Assembly: GCA_047602405.1 (NCBI GenBank)
Contig: JASGHJ010000002.1
Location: 1,888,001 to 1,952,000, forward strand
Source: Anaeromyxobacteraceae bacterium
Lineage (GTDB): Bacteria; Myxococcota; Myxococcia; Myxococcales; Anaeromyxobacteraceae
DNA: 64,000 bases
Direction: 5' to 3'
In this document: positions 8,537 through 17,266 of the stretch, in pieces
Numbering within the stretch: position 1 is the first letter of the stretch
How the letters are laid out: each line of letters starts with the position of its first letter
Position numbers and translations under genes: made by a program
The notes under the pieces: generated by a model
What the model was told of the DNA's origin: nothing
Seen by the model: only the letters and a program-made list of their open reading frames with translations
The model's database searches: none

Positions 8537-10162
8537 CTATTTCGAGGAGGAGGGGATGGCGCTGCCAGCCCCCGAACCCATCAGGGTCTTCAGGTCGTCG
8601 TCGGTGAAGAAGAACCCACCGCCGAAGAAGACGTCGGTGCCGACGTTGAAGTGGCGCCCGCCGGGGTAGGAGCCGGACTCCCAGCGGTTCAGGAAGTCGT
8701 CCACGCCGGTGGTCACGTAGAAGTTCTGGAGGAAGTAGTAGTTCATCCAGGCCTTCGCGCGCGGGAAGACGTTCTGGAACGGGCGCGAGAACTGGTACGC
8801 GGAGACCGAGATCTGCAGGGCGTCGTTGAGGAGGTGCAGGTCGGAGCCCACACCGCCCGACCCCTCGATGACGCCGACCCGGAAGGTGAGCGGTCCGTAC
8901 CGCTTCGCGAGCTGGAGCGAGAGCGTGAGGGACTCGGTGTTCTTCGAGCGGGTGACGACCGAGGTCTGGCCGGCGGTCGAGATGGTCTCGGTGGTGACCG
9001 TCGTGACGCCGCGCGGGTCGGAGACGAGCTCCAGCAGGTAGTACTTGTCGGGCCGGGGGAGCAGCCGGGCGCCGAAGTAGATCTTCGCACCGGGGCGCCC
9101 CTCCTCGCGGCTCTGGTTGAGGAGGAACTCGCTGCGGAAGCTGAGCTGCAGCTGCAGCTTCTGGAGCTTCGAGTAGTACTCGGAGACCCCGTTCACCGCC
9201 TCGCCGAGCTGCCGGCCCATCCGCTCGTCCACGAGCAGCTTGCCCGCGACGCTCTTGCCCTCGTTGACCTTGGTCATGAGGTCGTCGAGCTTCGTCGCGC
9301 TCGCGGCGAGGCGGTCGATGGCCTCGCGCACGCCGCGCGCGGCGGCCTGCTGGTCCTTCGCCGCGGGACCGCCCCCGGGCGCCGCCCCCGGCTGTCCGGG
9401 CGCGCCGCGCGGCGAGCCGACGATGTCCTGCACGCTCATCGAGATGTCGCGCAGGCGGTTCGTGAGGTCCTCGAGGTTCCGGGCGATGGCGTGGTAGCGC
9501 GCCTTGTCCTCGCTCGAGATCTCGGAGAGGTCGCCGGTGAAGTCGCGGGTGTTGCGGAGGATCTGGGAGAGCGTCTCGCCGTTCGTGCGGATGACCTCGT
9601 CGATCTGGCGGGTGACCCCGGCGAGGTTCCGGACAATCTCCGCCATCGAGCCGGACGGGCCCGACACGGTCCGCGCGAGGTCGCCGGTGACGGTCTGGAT
9701 GTCGACCGCCACCTGGCGCATGACGTCCATGACCTCCTGGACCGTCGCGGCGGAGCGCACGCACTTGATCTCCCGCTGCTCGGCCGGGAGGTCCGCGAGC
9801 TTCGGCGCCGTCGGCGACCCGAGGGCCACCTCGAGCACCGCGTCGGGGAGCATCGGCGACGGGAAGGTGCGGTTGAGGCAGCCGTCCTGGTGCAGCTCGA
9901 TGTCCTTGCGGATCCGGACGTCGAGGCGCGCGCGGCCACCCTCGAGCTCGATGTTCACCACCTCGCCGATCTGGATGCCGGCGATCTGCACCCGGCTCTT
10001 CCAGGAGAGGCCGGTCGCGTCGGTGAAGTAGGCGTAGGCGGTGTAGCTGTCGCCCTTCCCGAAGCCACCCTGGCGCACGAAGGTGAGCGCGAAGATCGAC
10101 GCCGCGCCGACCACGGCGACGAACGTCCCGACGACGAGGGCTCGGCTGACGCGCGGGGTCAC
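8537..10162 (-). CDS. mlaD: Long MlaD/MCE protein with helical extension and C-terminal beta-rich domain
   Basis: N-terminal TM, MCE motif FTDATGL...V.IAGIQIGEV, long heptad-rich helical region, aromatic beta-strand C-terminus. Follows mlaE and mlaF. Confidence 0.88.
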   Translation of the reverse strand: MTPRVSRALVVGTFVAVVGAASIFALTFVRQGGFGKGDSYTAYAYFTDATGLSWKSRVQIAGIQIGEVVNIELEGGRARLDVRIRKDIELHQDGCLNRTFPSPMLPDAVLEVALGSPTAPKLADLPAEQREIKCVRSAATVQEVMDVMRQVAVDIQTVTGDLARTVSGPSGSMAEIVRNLAGVTRQIDEVIRTNGETLSQILRNTRDFTGDLSEISSEDKARYHAIARNLEDLTNRLRDISMSVQDIVGSPRGAPGQPGAAPGGGPAAKDQQAAARGVREAIDRLAASATKLDDLMTKVNEGKSVAGKLLVDERMGRQLGEAVNGVSEYYSKLQKLQLQLSFRSEFLLNQSREEGRPGAKIYFGARLLPRPDKYYLLELVSDPRGVTTVTTETISTAGQTSVVTRSKNTESLTLSLQLAKRYGPLTFRVGVIEGSGGVGSDLHLLNDALQISVSAYQFSRPFQNVFPRAKAWMNYYFLQNFYVTTGVDDFLNRWESGSYPGGRHFNVGTDVFFGGGFFFTDDDLKTLMGSGAGSAIPSSSK

Positions 10163-10920
10163 TGCTTCTCGAACCAGGTGGAGAGGAAGCGCTGCACGAA
10201 GGGCTCCTTGCTCGCCCGCACCTCCGCGGGGGTTCCCTCGGCGGCGAGGTGACCATCGTAGAGCACGGCCAGCCTGTCGGCCACCTTGAACGCGCTCGCG
10301 ATGTCGTGGCTGATGACCATGCTCGTGATCCCGAGCTTCTGCTTCGCGTTCAGGATCATCTCGTCCACGTAGTCGGTGGTGATCGGGTCGAGGCCGGTGG
10401 TGGGCTCGTCGTAGAGCACCACCGGCGGGTCGGACACGAGCGCCCGCGCGAGCGCCACGCGCTTGCGCATGCCGCCGGAGAGCTGCGCCGGCCAGCGCTC
10501 GAGGACCTCCTCGCCGAGGTCCACGACCGCGAGCTTCTCGACCACCCGGTGGCGGACCTCGTCGGGCTTCAGCCCGCGGCCGGCGCGCGACTCGACGAGC
10601 GGGAACGCGACGTTCTCGAAGACGGTCATCGAGTCGAAGAGCGCGGCCCCCTGGAACACCATGCCGAAGCGCTGGCGGGCCTCGGTGAGCGCCTTGCCCT
10701 CGAGGCGCGAGATGGGCACCCCGTCCACCACCACCTCCCCGCGGTCGGGCTTGAGGAGCCCGATCACGTGCTTCATGAGCACGGTCTTCCCGGAGCCGGA
10801 CCCGCCGAGCACCACGAAGGTGGTGCCCTTCGGGATCGAGAGGGAGATCCCCCTCAGGACGGCGTTGTCGCCGAAGGTCTTGTGGAGGTCGCGGACCTCA
10901 ATCATGGGGCCCTCGCTCAT
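10159..10920 (-). CDS. mlaF: MlaF-type ABC ATP-binding protein
   Basis: GGSGSGKT, FQGAALFDSMTVFENV, LSGGMRKRVALARA, YDEPTTGLDPI. Confidence 0.92.
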   Translation of the reverse strand: MSEGPMIEVRDLHKTFGDNAVLRGISLSIPKGTTFVVLGGSGSGKTVLMKHVIGLLKPDRGEVVVDGVPISRLEGKALTEARQRFGMVFQGAALFDSMTVFENVAFPLVESRAGRGLKPDEVRHRVVEKLAVVDLGEEVLERWPAQLSGGMRKRVALARALVSDPPVVLYDEPTTGLDPITTDYVDEMILNAKQKLGITSMVISHDIASAFKVADRLAVLYDGHLAAEGTPAEVRASKEPFVQRFLSTWFEKQ

Positions 10921-11672
10921 CGCGTGCCCACCGAGAGGAAGGTCACCACGTAGTCGGCGACGAGGATGGCGATCGAGCTCGCGACGACGCCGCGGGTGGT
11001 GCCCTCGCCGACGCCGCGGGAGCCGCCGGTGGCCGCGTAGCCGCGCCAGGTGGTGATGAGGGACACGATGAGGCCGAAGATGATGGCCTTGAAGAGGCCG
11101 TGGCCGACGTCGGTGTCCCGCACGACCTCCTGGGTGTGCGCGATGAACGGGGCAACCGGGATCCGGGCGACCACCACGCCCATGAAGAGCGCACCGAGCC
11201 AGCCCAGGATGTTGAAGAGCATGGTGAGGACCGGGAACATCAGCATCGCCGACACCAGGCGCGGGACGACGAGGTACTGGATCGGCGAGACCGCCATCGA
11301 CTCCATGGCGTCGATCTGCTCGGTGACCCGCATCGTGCCGAGCTCGGAGGCGATGGCGCTGCCCGAGCGGCCGGTGATCATGAGCGCCGCGAAGACCGGC
11401 GCGAGCTCGCGGGCGAGCGCGAAGCCGACCGTGCCGCCCACGTAGTTCTCCATGCCGAACTGGCCGAGGGCCATGTTGAGCTGGAGGGCGAGCACCATCC
11501 CGGTGAAGGTGCCGGTGACGCCGACGATGAAGGCCGAGCCGACGCCGATGAAGGCCATCTGGGCGACCACGAGCTCGAGGCGGAAGGGCGGCCGGAACGC
11601 CCAGGCGAACGCCTCCCCGGCGAAGAACAGCATCTGCCCGAAGTCCTCGAGGGCGGCCAGCAGGCGTCGCAT
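10917..11672 (-). CDS. mlaE: MlaE-type ABC permease
   Basis: RELAPV, GRSGSAIASELGTMRVTEQIDAM, YLVVPR, GVGEGTTRGVV. Confidence 0.93.
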   Translation of the reverse strand: MRRLLAALEDFGQMLFFAGEAFAWAFRPPFRLELVVAQMAFIGVGSAFIVGVTGTFTGMVLALQLNMALGQFGMENYVGGTVGFALARELAPVFAALMITGRSGSAIASELGTMRVTEQIDAMESMAVSPIQYLVVPRLVSAMLMFPVLTMLFNILGWLGALFMGVVVARIPVAPFIAHTQEVVRDTDVGHGLFKAIIFGLIVSLITTWRGYAATGGSRGVGEGTTRGVVASSIAILVADYVVTFLSVGTR

Positions 11673-11771
11673 CGGTCGGGCCATTGTCGCACGAGGCCCG
11701 CCCGCGCGCCGAAAAACGGAGCGCCGCCACCGCGGGCATCCGGGCCGCTTCGCGGCTATACTGCGCCGCCC

Positions 11772-12188
11772 ATGGTCAAGGTCGGCGGCGAGGTGGATGC
11801 GGTCTGCGGCAAGTGCGAGATGATCCTCGCGCACACGGTGCACGCGGTGGTGAGCGGGCAGCCGGTGAAGGTCGAGTGCAACACCTGCCACGCGGTGCAC
11901 AAGTACAGGGCCCCCCCCGGCGCCGCCGCGCGCGCCCGGCCCGGCGGCGGGGTCGCGAAGCCCCGCGCCGTGAAGGAGAAGATCCCCAGCGTCCCCTTCG
12001 AGACGATCCTCGCCGGCAAGGACCAGGGGTCCGCGCGCCGGTACTCGCCGAAGGACACCTTCACCGTGGACCAGGTGGTCGACCACCCGACGTTCGGCCG
12101 CGGGTTCGTGTCGGCGGTCCGTGACGGCGGGAAGATCGAGGTCACCTTCCGGTCGGACGTGAAGATCCTCGTCCATGGCCGGGCCTGA
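11772..12188 (+). CDS. Conserved hypothetical protein with zinc-ribbon-like N-terminus
   Basis: CGKC...CNTC pairs and C-terminal HPTFGRGFV...KIEVTF motif. No signal peptide. Confidence 0.75.
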   Translation: MVKVGGEVDAVCGKCEMILAHTVHAVVSGQPVKVECNTCHAVHKYRAPPGAAARARPGGGVAKPRAVKEKIPSVPFETILAGKDQGSARRYSPKDTFTVDQVVDHPTFGRGFVSAVRDGGKIEVTFRSDVKILVHGRA

Positions 12189-12207
12189 GTTCGGATACCG
12201 TCCCGCC

Positions 12208-13020
12208 ATGCGCGCCGCCCTCCCCGTCCTCGCGGTCCTCGCGGCCGCCCTCGCCTGCTCGAAGCCGTCCCCGCCCGCGCCCACCCCGGGTGCGAGCGGC
12301 GCGGCCGCCCCCGGCGGCGCCCCCGTCGCGAGCGGCGGCGCCGCCGCCCCGTCGCCGGGCGGCCCGGCCACGTACGTCTCGACCGTCACCCTGCTCCGCC
12401 GCGAGCCCTCGGACGCCCGCAAGGTCCCGGGGCCGAACGGGAAGGAGGTCGCGAACTACCTCGCGACGCTCCAGCGCGGCGAGCAGGTCACGATCGCCGG
12501 CGAGCCGAGGCGCGCGGGGGACGACGCGTGGGTGAAGGTCCGGACCTCCGACGACTCGGAGGGCTGGCTCAAGCGCTCGGCGCTCCTCGAGGGCGACGGG
12601 ATCGTCGAGGCGACCGTGATCGCGCAGGCCGACGTGTTCGACCGGCCCGACCTCCTCGCGGCGAACGCCGCGCGCAAGCTCGAGCCCGCCACCCTGCTGC
12701 TCGTCGTGCGCCAGCGCACGCCGTTCAGCGAGGTCAACGTGGGCTCCGGCGCGAACGCATGGGTGCTCACCGACCGCCTCGCGACCGGCCCGACCGAGGT
12801 CGGCATCGCGAAGCTCGCCGAGAAGGGCCGCTGGCTCCGCAGGAGCGGCAAGCAGGAGGAGGCCGCCCAGATCCTCGCGCTCGCGCGCACGCAGTTCCCC
12901 GGCGCGCCGCTCCTCGACCAGGTCGCGCTCCAGCTCGGCGAGGCGCCGGCCGCGGCGCCGGTCCCGGCGGGCGGCGAGGTGCCTGGCGCGCCGCAGGGGA
13001 CGACGGGGACGCCGCAGTAG
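12208..13020 (+). CDS. Putative lipoprotein with bacterial SH3-like domain(s)
   Basis: Lipobox ALAC, Pro/Ala linker, LATLQRGEQVTI...WVKVRT..SEGWL. Confidence 0.75.
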   Translation: MRAALPVLAVLAAALACSKPSPPAPTPGASGAAAPGGAPVASGGAAAPSPGGPATYVSTVTLLRREPSDARKVPGPNGKEVANYLATLQRGEQVTIAGEPRRAGDDAWVKVRTSDDSEGWLKRSALLEGDGIVEATVIAQADVFDRPDLLAANAARKLEPATLLLVVRQRTPFSEVNVGSGANAWVLTDRLATGPTEVGIAKLAEKGRWLRRSGKQEEAAQILALARTQFPGAPLLDQVALQLGEAPAAAPVPAGGEVPGAPQGTTGTPQ

Positions 13021-13072
13021 GTCCACCCCTCTCCCCACGTGGGGTCGGGAGGCTTCACACCCTCCGCCGCGG

Positions 13073-13760
13073 CTACGCGCGGAGCGCGGCGAGGACCGCC
13101 GTGAGATTGTCCGGCAGCGGCGCCTCGAGCACGAGCGGCTCGCCGGTCGCGGGGTGCGCGAGCTCGAGCCGCGCGGCGTGCAGCGGCGTGCGCGCGAGCG
13201 TCGCGGCTCCGAACCCGAGCGGCCCGGGCTCCGCGTAGTCCGGGTCGACCGCGAGCGGGAAGCCGGCGCTCCTCAGGTGCACGCGGATTCTGGTGGGTCC
13301 GGCCGGTCTCCGGGCGCGCCTCCACGAGGGCGAGGTCGACGGCGGGGAACCGCTCGAGCACCGCGAGGCCGGTCGCGGACGCCTTCGCGCCCTCCTCGCC
13401 CGGCCGGCCCGGGCGCATCCTGCCCTTGCGGCCCTTCGCGATGGGCACGTCGACCCGCAGGGTGTCCCAGGGCGGCACGCCGCGGACGAGCGCGAGGTAG
13501 CGCTTGCGCGGCTGGCCCGCGTCGAACGCGAGGTTGAGCGTCCGGTGCGCCTCCGCCGTCCGCGCCAGCACGAGCACGCCGCTCGTGCCGCGGTCGAGCC
13601 GGTGCACCACCCAGAGCCGCCCGAAGCGGCCCTCGAGCTCCTCCCGCAGGCTCGCCTCCCCGGGCGTGCGCCCCGGGATGACGAGGCGCCCCGCCGGCTT
13701 CGAGATCGCGACGAGGTGCGCGTCCTCGAGCAGGACCGCGGGCGGGGCCTCCCCGCTCAC
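13073..13760 (-). CDS. RluA-family pseudouridine synthase (apparent frameshift at ~13288)
   Basis: KPAG, HRLDRGTSG, then TGRTHQ|IRVHL split across frames at GATTC 13286-13290. Confidence 0.88.
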
Positions 13761-15076
13761 ATGATCTTCCGGGAGGGCACGACGGTGACCGGCCCGAACG
13801 GCTCGAGCAGCTTCGCGATGCGCGCGGCGGGGCCGACCGCCACCACGAGCCGGCGCTCCAGGGGAAAGTAGCGGCGCGCCGCGGCGACCATCGCGGCGGG
13901 GTCGATCGCGCGGATCTTCTCGGGGAAGCGGGTGACCTCCTCGTCCGGCAGCGAGAAGAGCGCGAGGTCGGCGAGGCGCTCGGCGAGCTGGTCGTGGGTC
14001 TCGAGCGACAGCGGGAACAGGCCGCACAGGTAGGCCTGGGTCCGCTCGAGCTCCTCGGCGGTCGGGCCGCCGTCGGCGAGGCGCGCGGTCTCGTCGAGCG
14101 CGACCTTCACGATCTCGGCCGTGCTCTCGAGCTTCGTGAACGTCGAGATGGCGAAGAGCCCGCCCGAGCCGCTCGTCAAAAAGCGGCTCCGCACGCCGTA
14201 GGAGAGCCCGCGCTGGACCCGGATCGCGTCCATGAGCCGCGAGGCGAAGCCGCCGCCGAGCACCGCGCTCGCCACGACGCCGGCGTGGTAGTCGGGGCTC
14301 GAGCGCGGGAAGCCGGCCGAGGCGATGCGGACCTGCGTCTGCGAGACGTCCGGCTTGTCGACCACGAGCACGCGCGTCTGCGGCGGGGCCGGCGGCGGCG
14401 GCGCCGCCGGGACCTCGCCGCTCGCCTTCCAGGCGCCGAAGCGCCGCCGGACGAGCTCGAGCACCTCGTCGCGCTTCACCCGGCCCACCACCACCACGAG
14501 GCCGGCCGAGGGCAGGTACGCCGCGGCGTGGTACCGGGCGACGTCCGCGCGGGTCGCGCGGGAGAGATCGCGGGCGCGGCCCTCGGCGGCGTGGCCGTAG
14601 GGGTGCCCCGCGTAGGCGGCCTCCAGCATGGCCCGGTCCGCGACGAGCGCGGGCTCGTCGGCGTCGTGCGCGAGGGAGGCCACCTCCCGCCGGCGCAGGC
14701 GCGCGACCTCGCCGGCCGGGAAGGTGGGGCGGGCGGCGACGTTCGCGAGGATGTCGACGCAGGTGGCGAGCCCCTCCACCGGCGCCGAGATCCCGAAGTA
14801 GCTCGCGTCCTCGTCGACGCCCGAGCCGAGCTCGGCGCCGAGCGACTCGACGACGAGGTCGATCTGCTCGCCGGTGCGGCGCCGCGTGCCGCGGCGGGCG
14901 GAGATCGCCGCGAGGTGCGCGAGGCCCTGGCGGCCGGCGGGGTCGAGCGACGAGCCGCCGCGCAGCACCAGCCGGACCGCCGCGAGCGGCACGCCAGGGC
15001 GCTCGGCCACCACGACCTGCAGCCCGTTCTCGAGCCGCTCGCGGTGGAGCGGAGGCAGCGGGATGGGCGCGCTCAC
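13757..15076 (-). CDS. M16 peptidase, non-catalytic subunit
   Basis: LENGLQV, GLAHLA (no HXXEH), SRLMDAIRVQRGLSYG. Confidence 0.88.
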   Translation of the reverse strand: MSAPIPLPPLHRERLENGLQVVVAERPGVPLAAVRLVLRGGSSLDPAGRQGLAHLAAISARRGTRRRTGEQIDLVVESLGAELGSGVDEDASYFGISAPVEGLATCVDILANVAARPTFPAGEVARLRRREVASLAHDADEPALVADRAMLEAAYAGHPYGHAAEGRARDLSRATRADVARYHAAAYLPSAGLVVVVGRVKRDEVLELVRRRFGAWKASGEVPAAPPPPAPPQTRVLVVDKPDVSQTQVRIASAGFPRSSPDYHAGVVASAVLGGGFASRLMDAIRVQRGLSYGVRSRFLTSGSGGLFAISTFTKLESTAEIVKVALDETARLADGGPTAEELERTQAYLCGLFPLSLETHDQLAERLADLALFSLPDEEVTRFPEKIRAIDPAAMVAAARRYFPLERRLVVAVGPAARIAKLLEPFGPVTVVPSRKIM

Positions 15077-16392
15077 CGGGCGCTCCGGCGCGCCCTGCGC
15101 GCGGTCCGCGCGGGGTCGAGCGGGTCGAGCGTCACGATCGAGCGGCGCTCCGGGGCGAGGTACTCCCGGGCGACCCGCCGCACGTCGGCCGGGGTGATGG
15201 TCGCGTACAGCTCGAGCGCCCTGCCCGCCTCGCGCCAGTCGCCGAGGAGCGCCTCGGCCTGGCCGAGCGCGTGGGCGATCCCGTGATGCGTGGCGAGCTC
15301 GTGCAGCACCGAGCTGCGCAGGAGCGCGCGCGCCCGGGCCATCTCGGCCGCCGTGACGCCCCTGTCGGCCACCTTCGCGAGCTCGTCGAACAGCATCCGC
15401 TCGGCGCGCGCCGGCGACGCCCCCGGGGCGAGCTCGACGAACGCGATGAAGATGCCGGGGTCGATGCGCCAGCCCCAGCTCACGGACACCGACACCGCGA
15501 CCTCGGTGTCGAGCACCATCCGGCGGCGGAGCCGCGACGACTCCCCCACGGCGAGGCAGACCTGGAGCAGGTCGAGCGCGGCGGCGTCGGGGTGCCTGGC
15601 CGGCGGCCCCCGCCAGCCGGCGAGCAGGGCCGGCGCCTGGGCCGGGAACTGGATCACGCCTCGCCGCTCGCCCCGCTGGGGAGGCTCACCCTCGGGGACG
15701 GCCACCGGAGGGGGCCCGGAAGGGATGTCGGCGTAGTACCGCTGCAGGAGCTGGAGGGCGCGGTCGGGGTCGAGGTCGCCCACCACGTAGATGGAGGCGT
15801 TTGACGGTGCGTAGTAGGTCTTGAAGTAGGACTCGCAGTCCACCCGCGAGATCCGCTGGATGTCGTCCATCCACCCGATCACCGGCCAGCGGTACGGGTG
15901 GGCCTGGAAGACCAGCGACTCGAGCTGCTCCTCCATGAGCCCGAAGACCGAGTTCTCGGTCCGGAGCAGGCGCTCCTCCTTCACCACCTCGCGCTCCTGC
16001 TCGAGCGCCTCGTCGTCGATCCGGAGCGAGCCCATCCGGTCGGACTCGAGATCGATGACGGTCTCGAGGGCCTCGGCCGCGAAGTCCTCGTAGTAGGCCG
16101 TGAGGTCGTTCGACGTGTAGGCGTTCGAGTGCCCGCCGCGCGACTCGAGGACGCGGTCGAACTCCTTCGGACCGTACCTCGACGCGCCGTTGAACATCAT
16201 GTGCTCGAAGAGGTGGCTGATCCCGGTGAGCCCTATCCGCTCGTTCCGCGAGCCGACCCGGAAGAACGTGTAGTAGCTGACGGTGGGGGTGCTCGAGTCG
16301 GCGAGCAGGCGCACCCGGAGCCCGTTGGGGAGCACGTGCTCGCGCACGCGATCGATCTCGAGCACCGGTTCGGCCTTCTGGAGCGCGTTCAT
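15073..16392 (-). CDS. M16 zinc peptidase, catalytic subunit
   Basis: LPNGLRV, GISHLFEHMMF (HXXEH), NAYTS.D.T, EREVVKEE, HPYRWPVIGW. Confidence 0.92.
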   Translation of the reverse strand: MNALQKAEPVLEIDRVREHVLPNGLRVRLLADSSTPTVSYYTFFRVGSRNERIGLTGISHLFEHMMFNGASRYGPKEFDRVLESRGGHSNAYTSNDLTAYYEDFAAEALETVIDLESDRMGSLRIDDEALEQEREVVKEERLLRTENSVFGLMEEQLESLVFQAHPYRWPVIGWMDDIQRISRVDCESYFKTYYAPSNASIYVVGDLDPDRALQLLQRYYADIPSGPPPVAVPEGEPPQRGERRGVIQFPAQAPALLAGWRGPPARHPDAAALDLLQVCLAVGESSRLRRRMVLDTEVAVSVSVSWGWRIDPGIFIAFVELAPGASPARAERMLFDELAKVADRGVTAAEMARARALLRSSVLHELATHHGIAHALGQAEALLGDWREAGRALELYATITPADVRRVAREYLAPERRSIVTLDPLDPARTARRARRSAR

Positions 16393-16522
16393 CCGGGCGC
16401 GAACATAGCGTCCGACCTCGGGGGCGTCCACGAACCTGCCCCGTGGGTGTGAGGCCGGCCGCGCCCCGGGTGTGGGCGCGGCCGCGCAACCCCTCCCGAG
16501 ACCGATCCGCGCTCGGTGTGAC

Positions 16523-16539
16523 GTTGACGTATCGTCAAC
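16523..16539. promoter_or_regulatory. Perfect 17-bp palindrome (candidate operator) containing a TTGACG -35-like hexamer
   Basis: GTTGACG-TAT-CGTCAAC in the divergent spacer between the M16 operon and the XRE gene. Confidence 0.5.
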
Positions 16540-16672
16540 TTGGGCCCCCAATGAGGGAGTTCCCGTCCGGTCCGGTCAGACCCAGCGTCGGTGGACCCAT
16601 CTCGGTTTCGGACCTAAAGGTTTCGGCCCGACAACTCGGGTTTTTCTCTCACTTCGAACGAGCCGATTGCCC

Positions 16673-16918
16673 ATGCCCACGAAGCCCAAGCCGCAGAAGG
16701 ATCCCCGCCGGGAAGAGCTCCGCCGTCTCGGCGAGCGCGTCCGCGAGCAGCGGCGCACCCGCGGCCTCACCCAGGAGGCCCTCGCCGAGGCGCTCGACCT
16801 GTCGGTCGCGTACGTGAGCCTCATCGAGCGCGGCGGCCGGAACCCGCCGTACACCACGGTCGTCGCGATCGCGCGCGCCCTCGGCGTGCCCACCGCGCGG
16901 ATCGTCGCGGACGAGTAG
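16673..16918 (+). CDS. XRE-family helix-turn-helix regulator
   Basis: LGERVREQR..RGLTQEALA...YVSLIERG.RNP...IARALGV. Confidence 0.92.
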   Translation: MPTKPKPQKDPRREELRRLGERVREQRRTRGLTQEALAEALDLSVAYVSLIERGGRNPPYTTVVAIARALGVPTARIVADE

Positions 16919-16928
16919 CCGCCAGCAC

Positions 16929-17153
16929 CTAGAGCGAATCGACGGGCCGGCCGCAAGCAGCACAGCGGCCGGCCTTCTTCTTGAGCGGCAGCCCGCAGCC
17001 GGGGCACCGCTCGCCCGGCGGGCGCCGTGCCGGACGCGCCGCGCGACCATCGCCGGGCGCTGCCCTCCCCCCTTCCAGCCTCGCGACCCGCTCCTCGAGC
17101 GCCTCGATGCGCGCGAGGAGCTCGGACGTCGTCGGGCGGCGGGGGGTGGCCAT
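16929..17153 (-). CDS. Small hypothetical protein, coiled coil plus zinc ribbon
   Basis: LLARIEALEERVARLE followed by CPGC...CAAC. Confidence 0.6.
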   Translation of the reverse strand: MATPRRPTTSELLARIEALEERVARLEGGRAAPGDGRAARPARRPPGERCPGCGLPLKKKAGRCAACGRPVDSL

Positions 17154-17266
17154 GCGCCGCGAGCGTGCCACGGGGGGGCACGGGGTCAACTTCCCGGGCG
17201 GACACGCCCCGCTCCTCCTCGGCCCCTCACGTTGAGTCCGCGCCCGCGCTGGGCTATCTCGTTCTC

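Noticed and set aside
11878..11892. CNTCH as a heme-binding motif
   Set aside because: The protein has no signal peptide and the motif pairs with CGKC, which fits a cytoplasmic zinc ribbon better.
13033..13044. CCCCACGTGGGG perfect palindrome between convergent genes
   Set aside because: Short, single copy and no U-tract; not enough to assign a function.
16560..16660. Possible cyclic-dinucleotide riboswitch in the XRE leader (also considered for 19586-19811)
   Set aside because: Could not find the conserved GEMM P1/P2 elements by eye; a covariance-model scan is needed.
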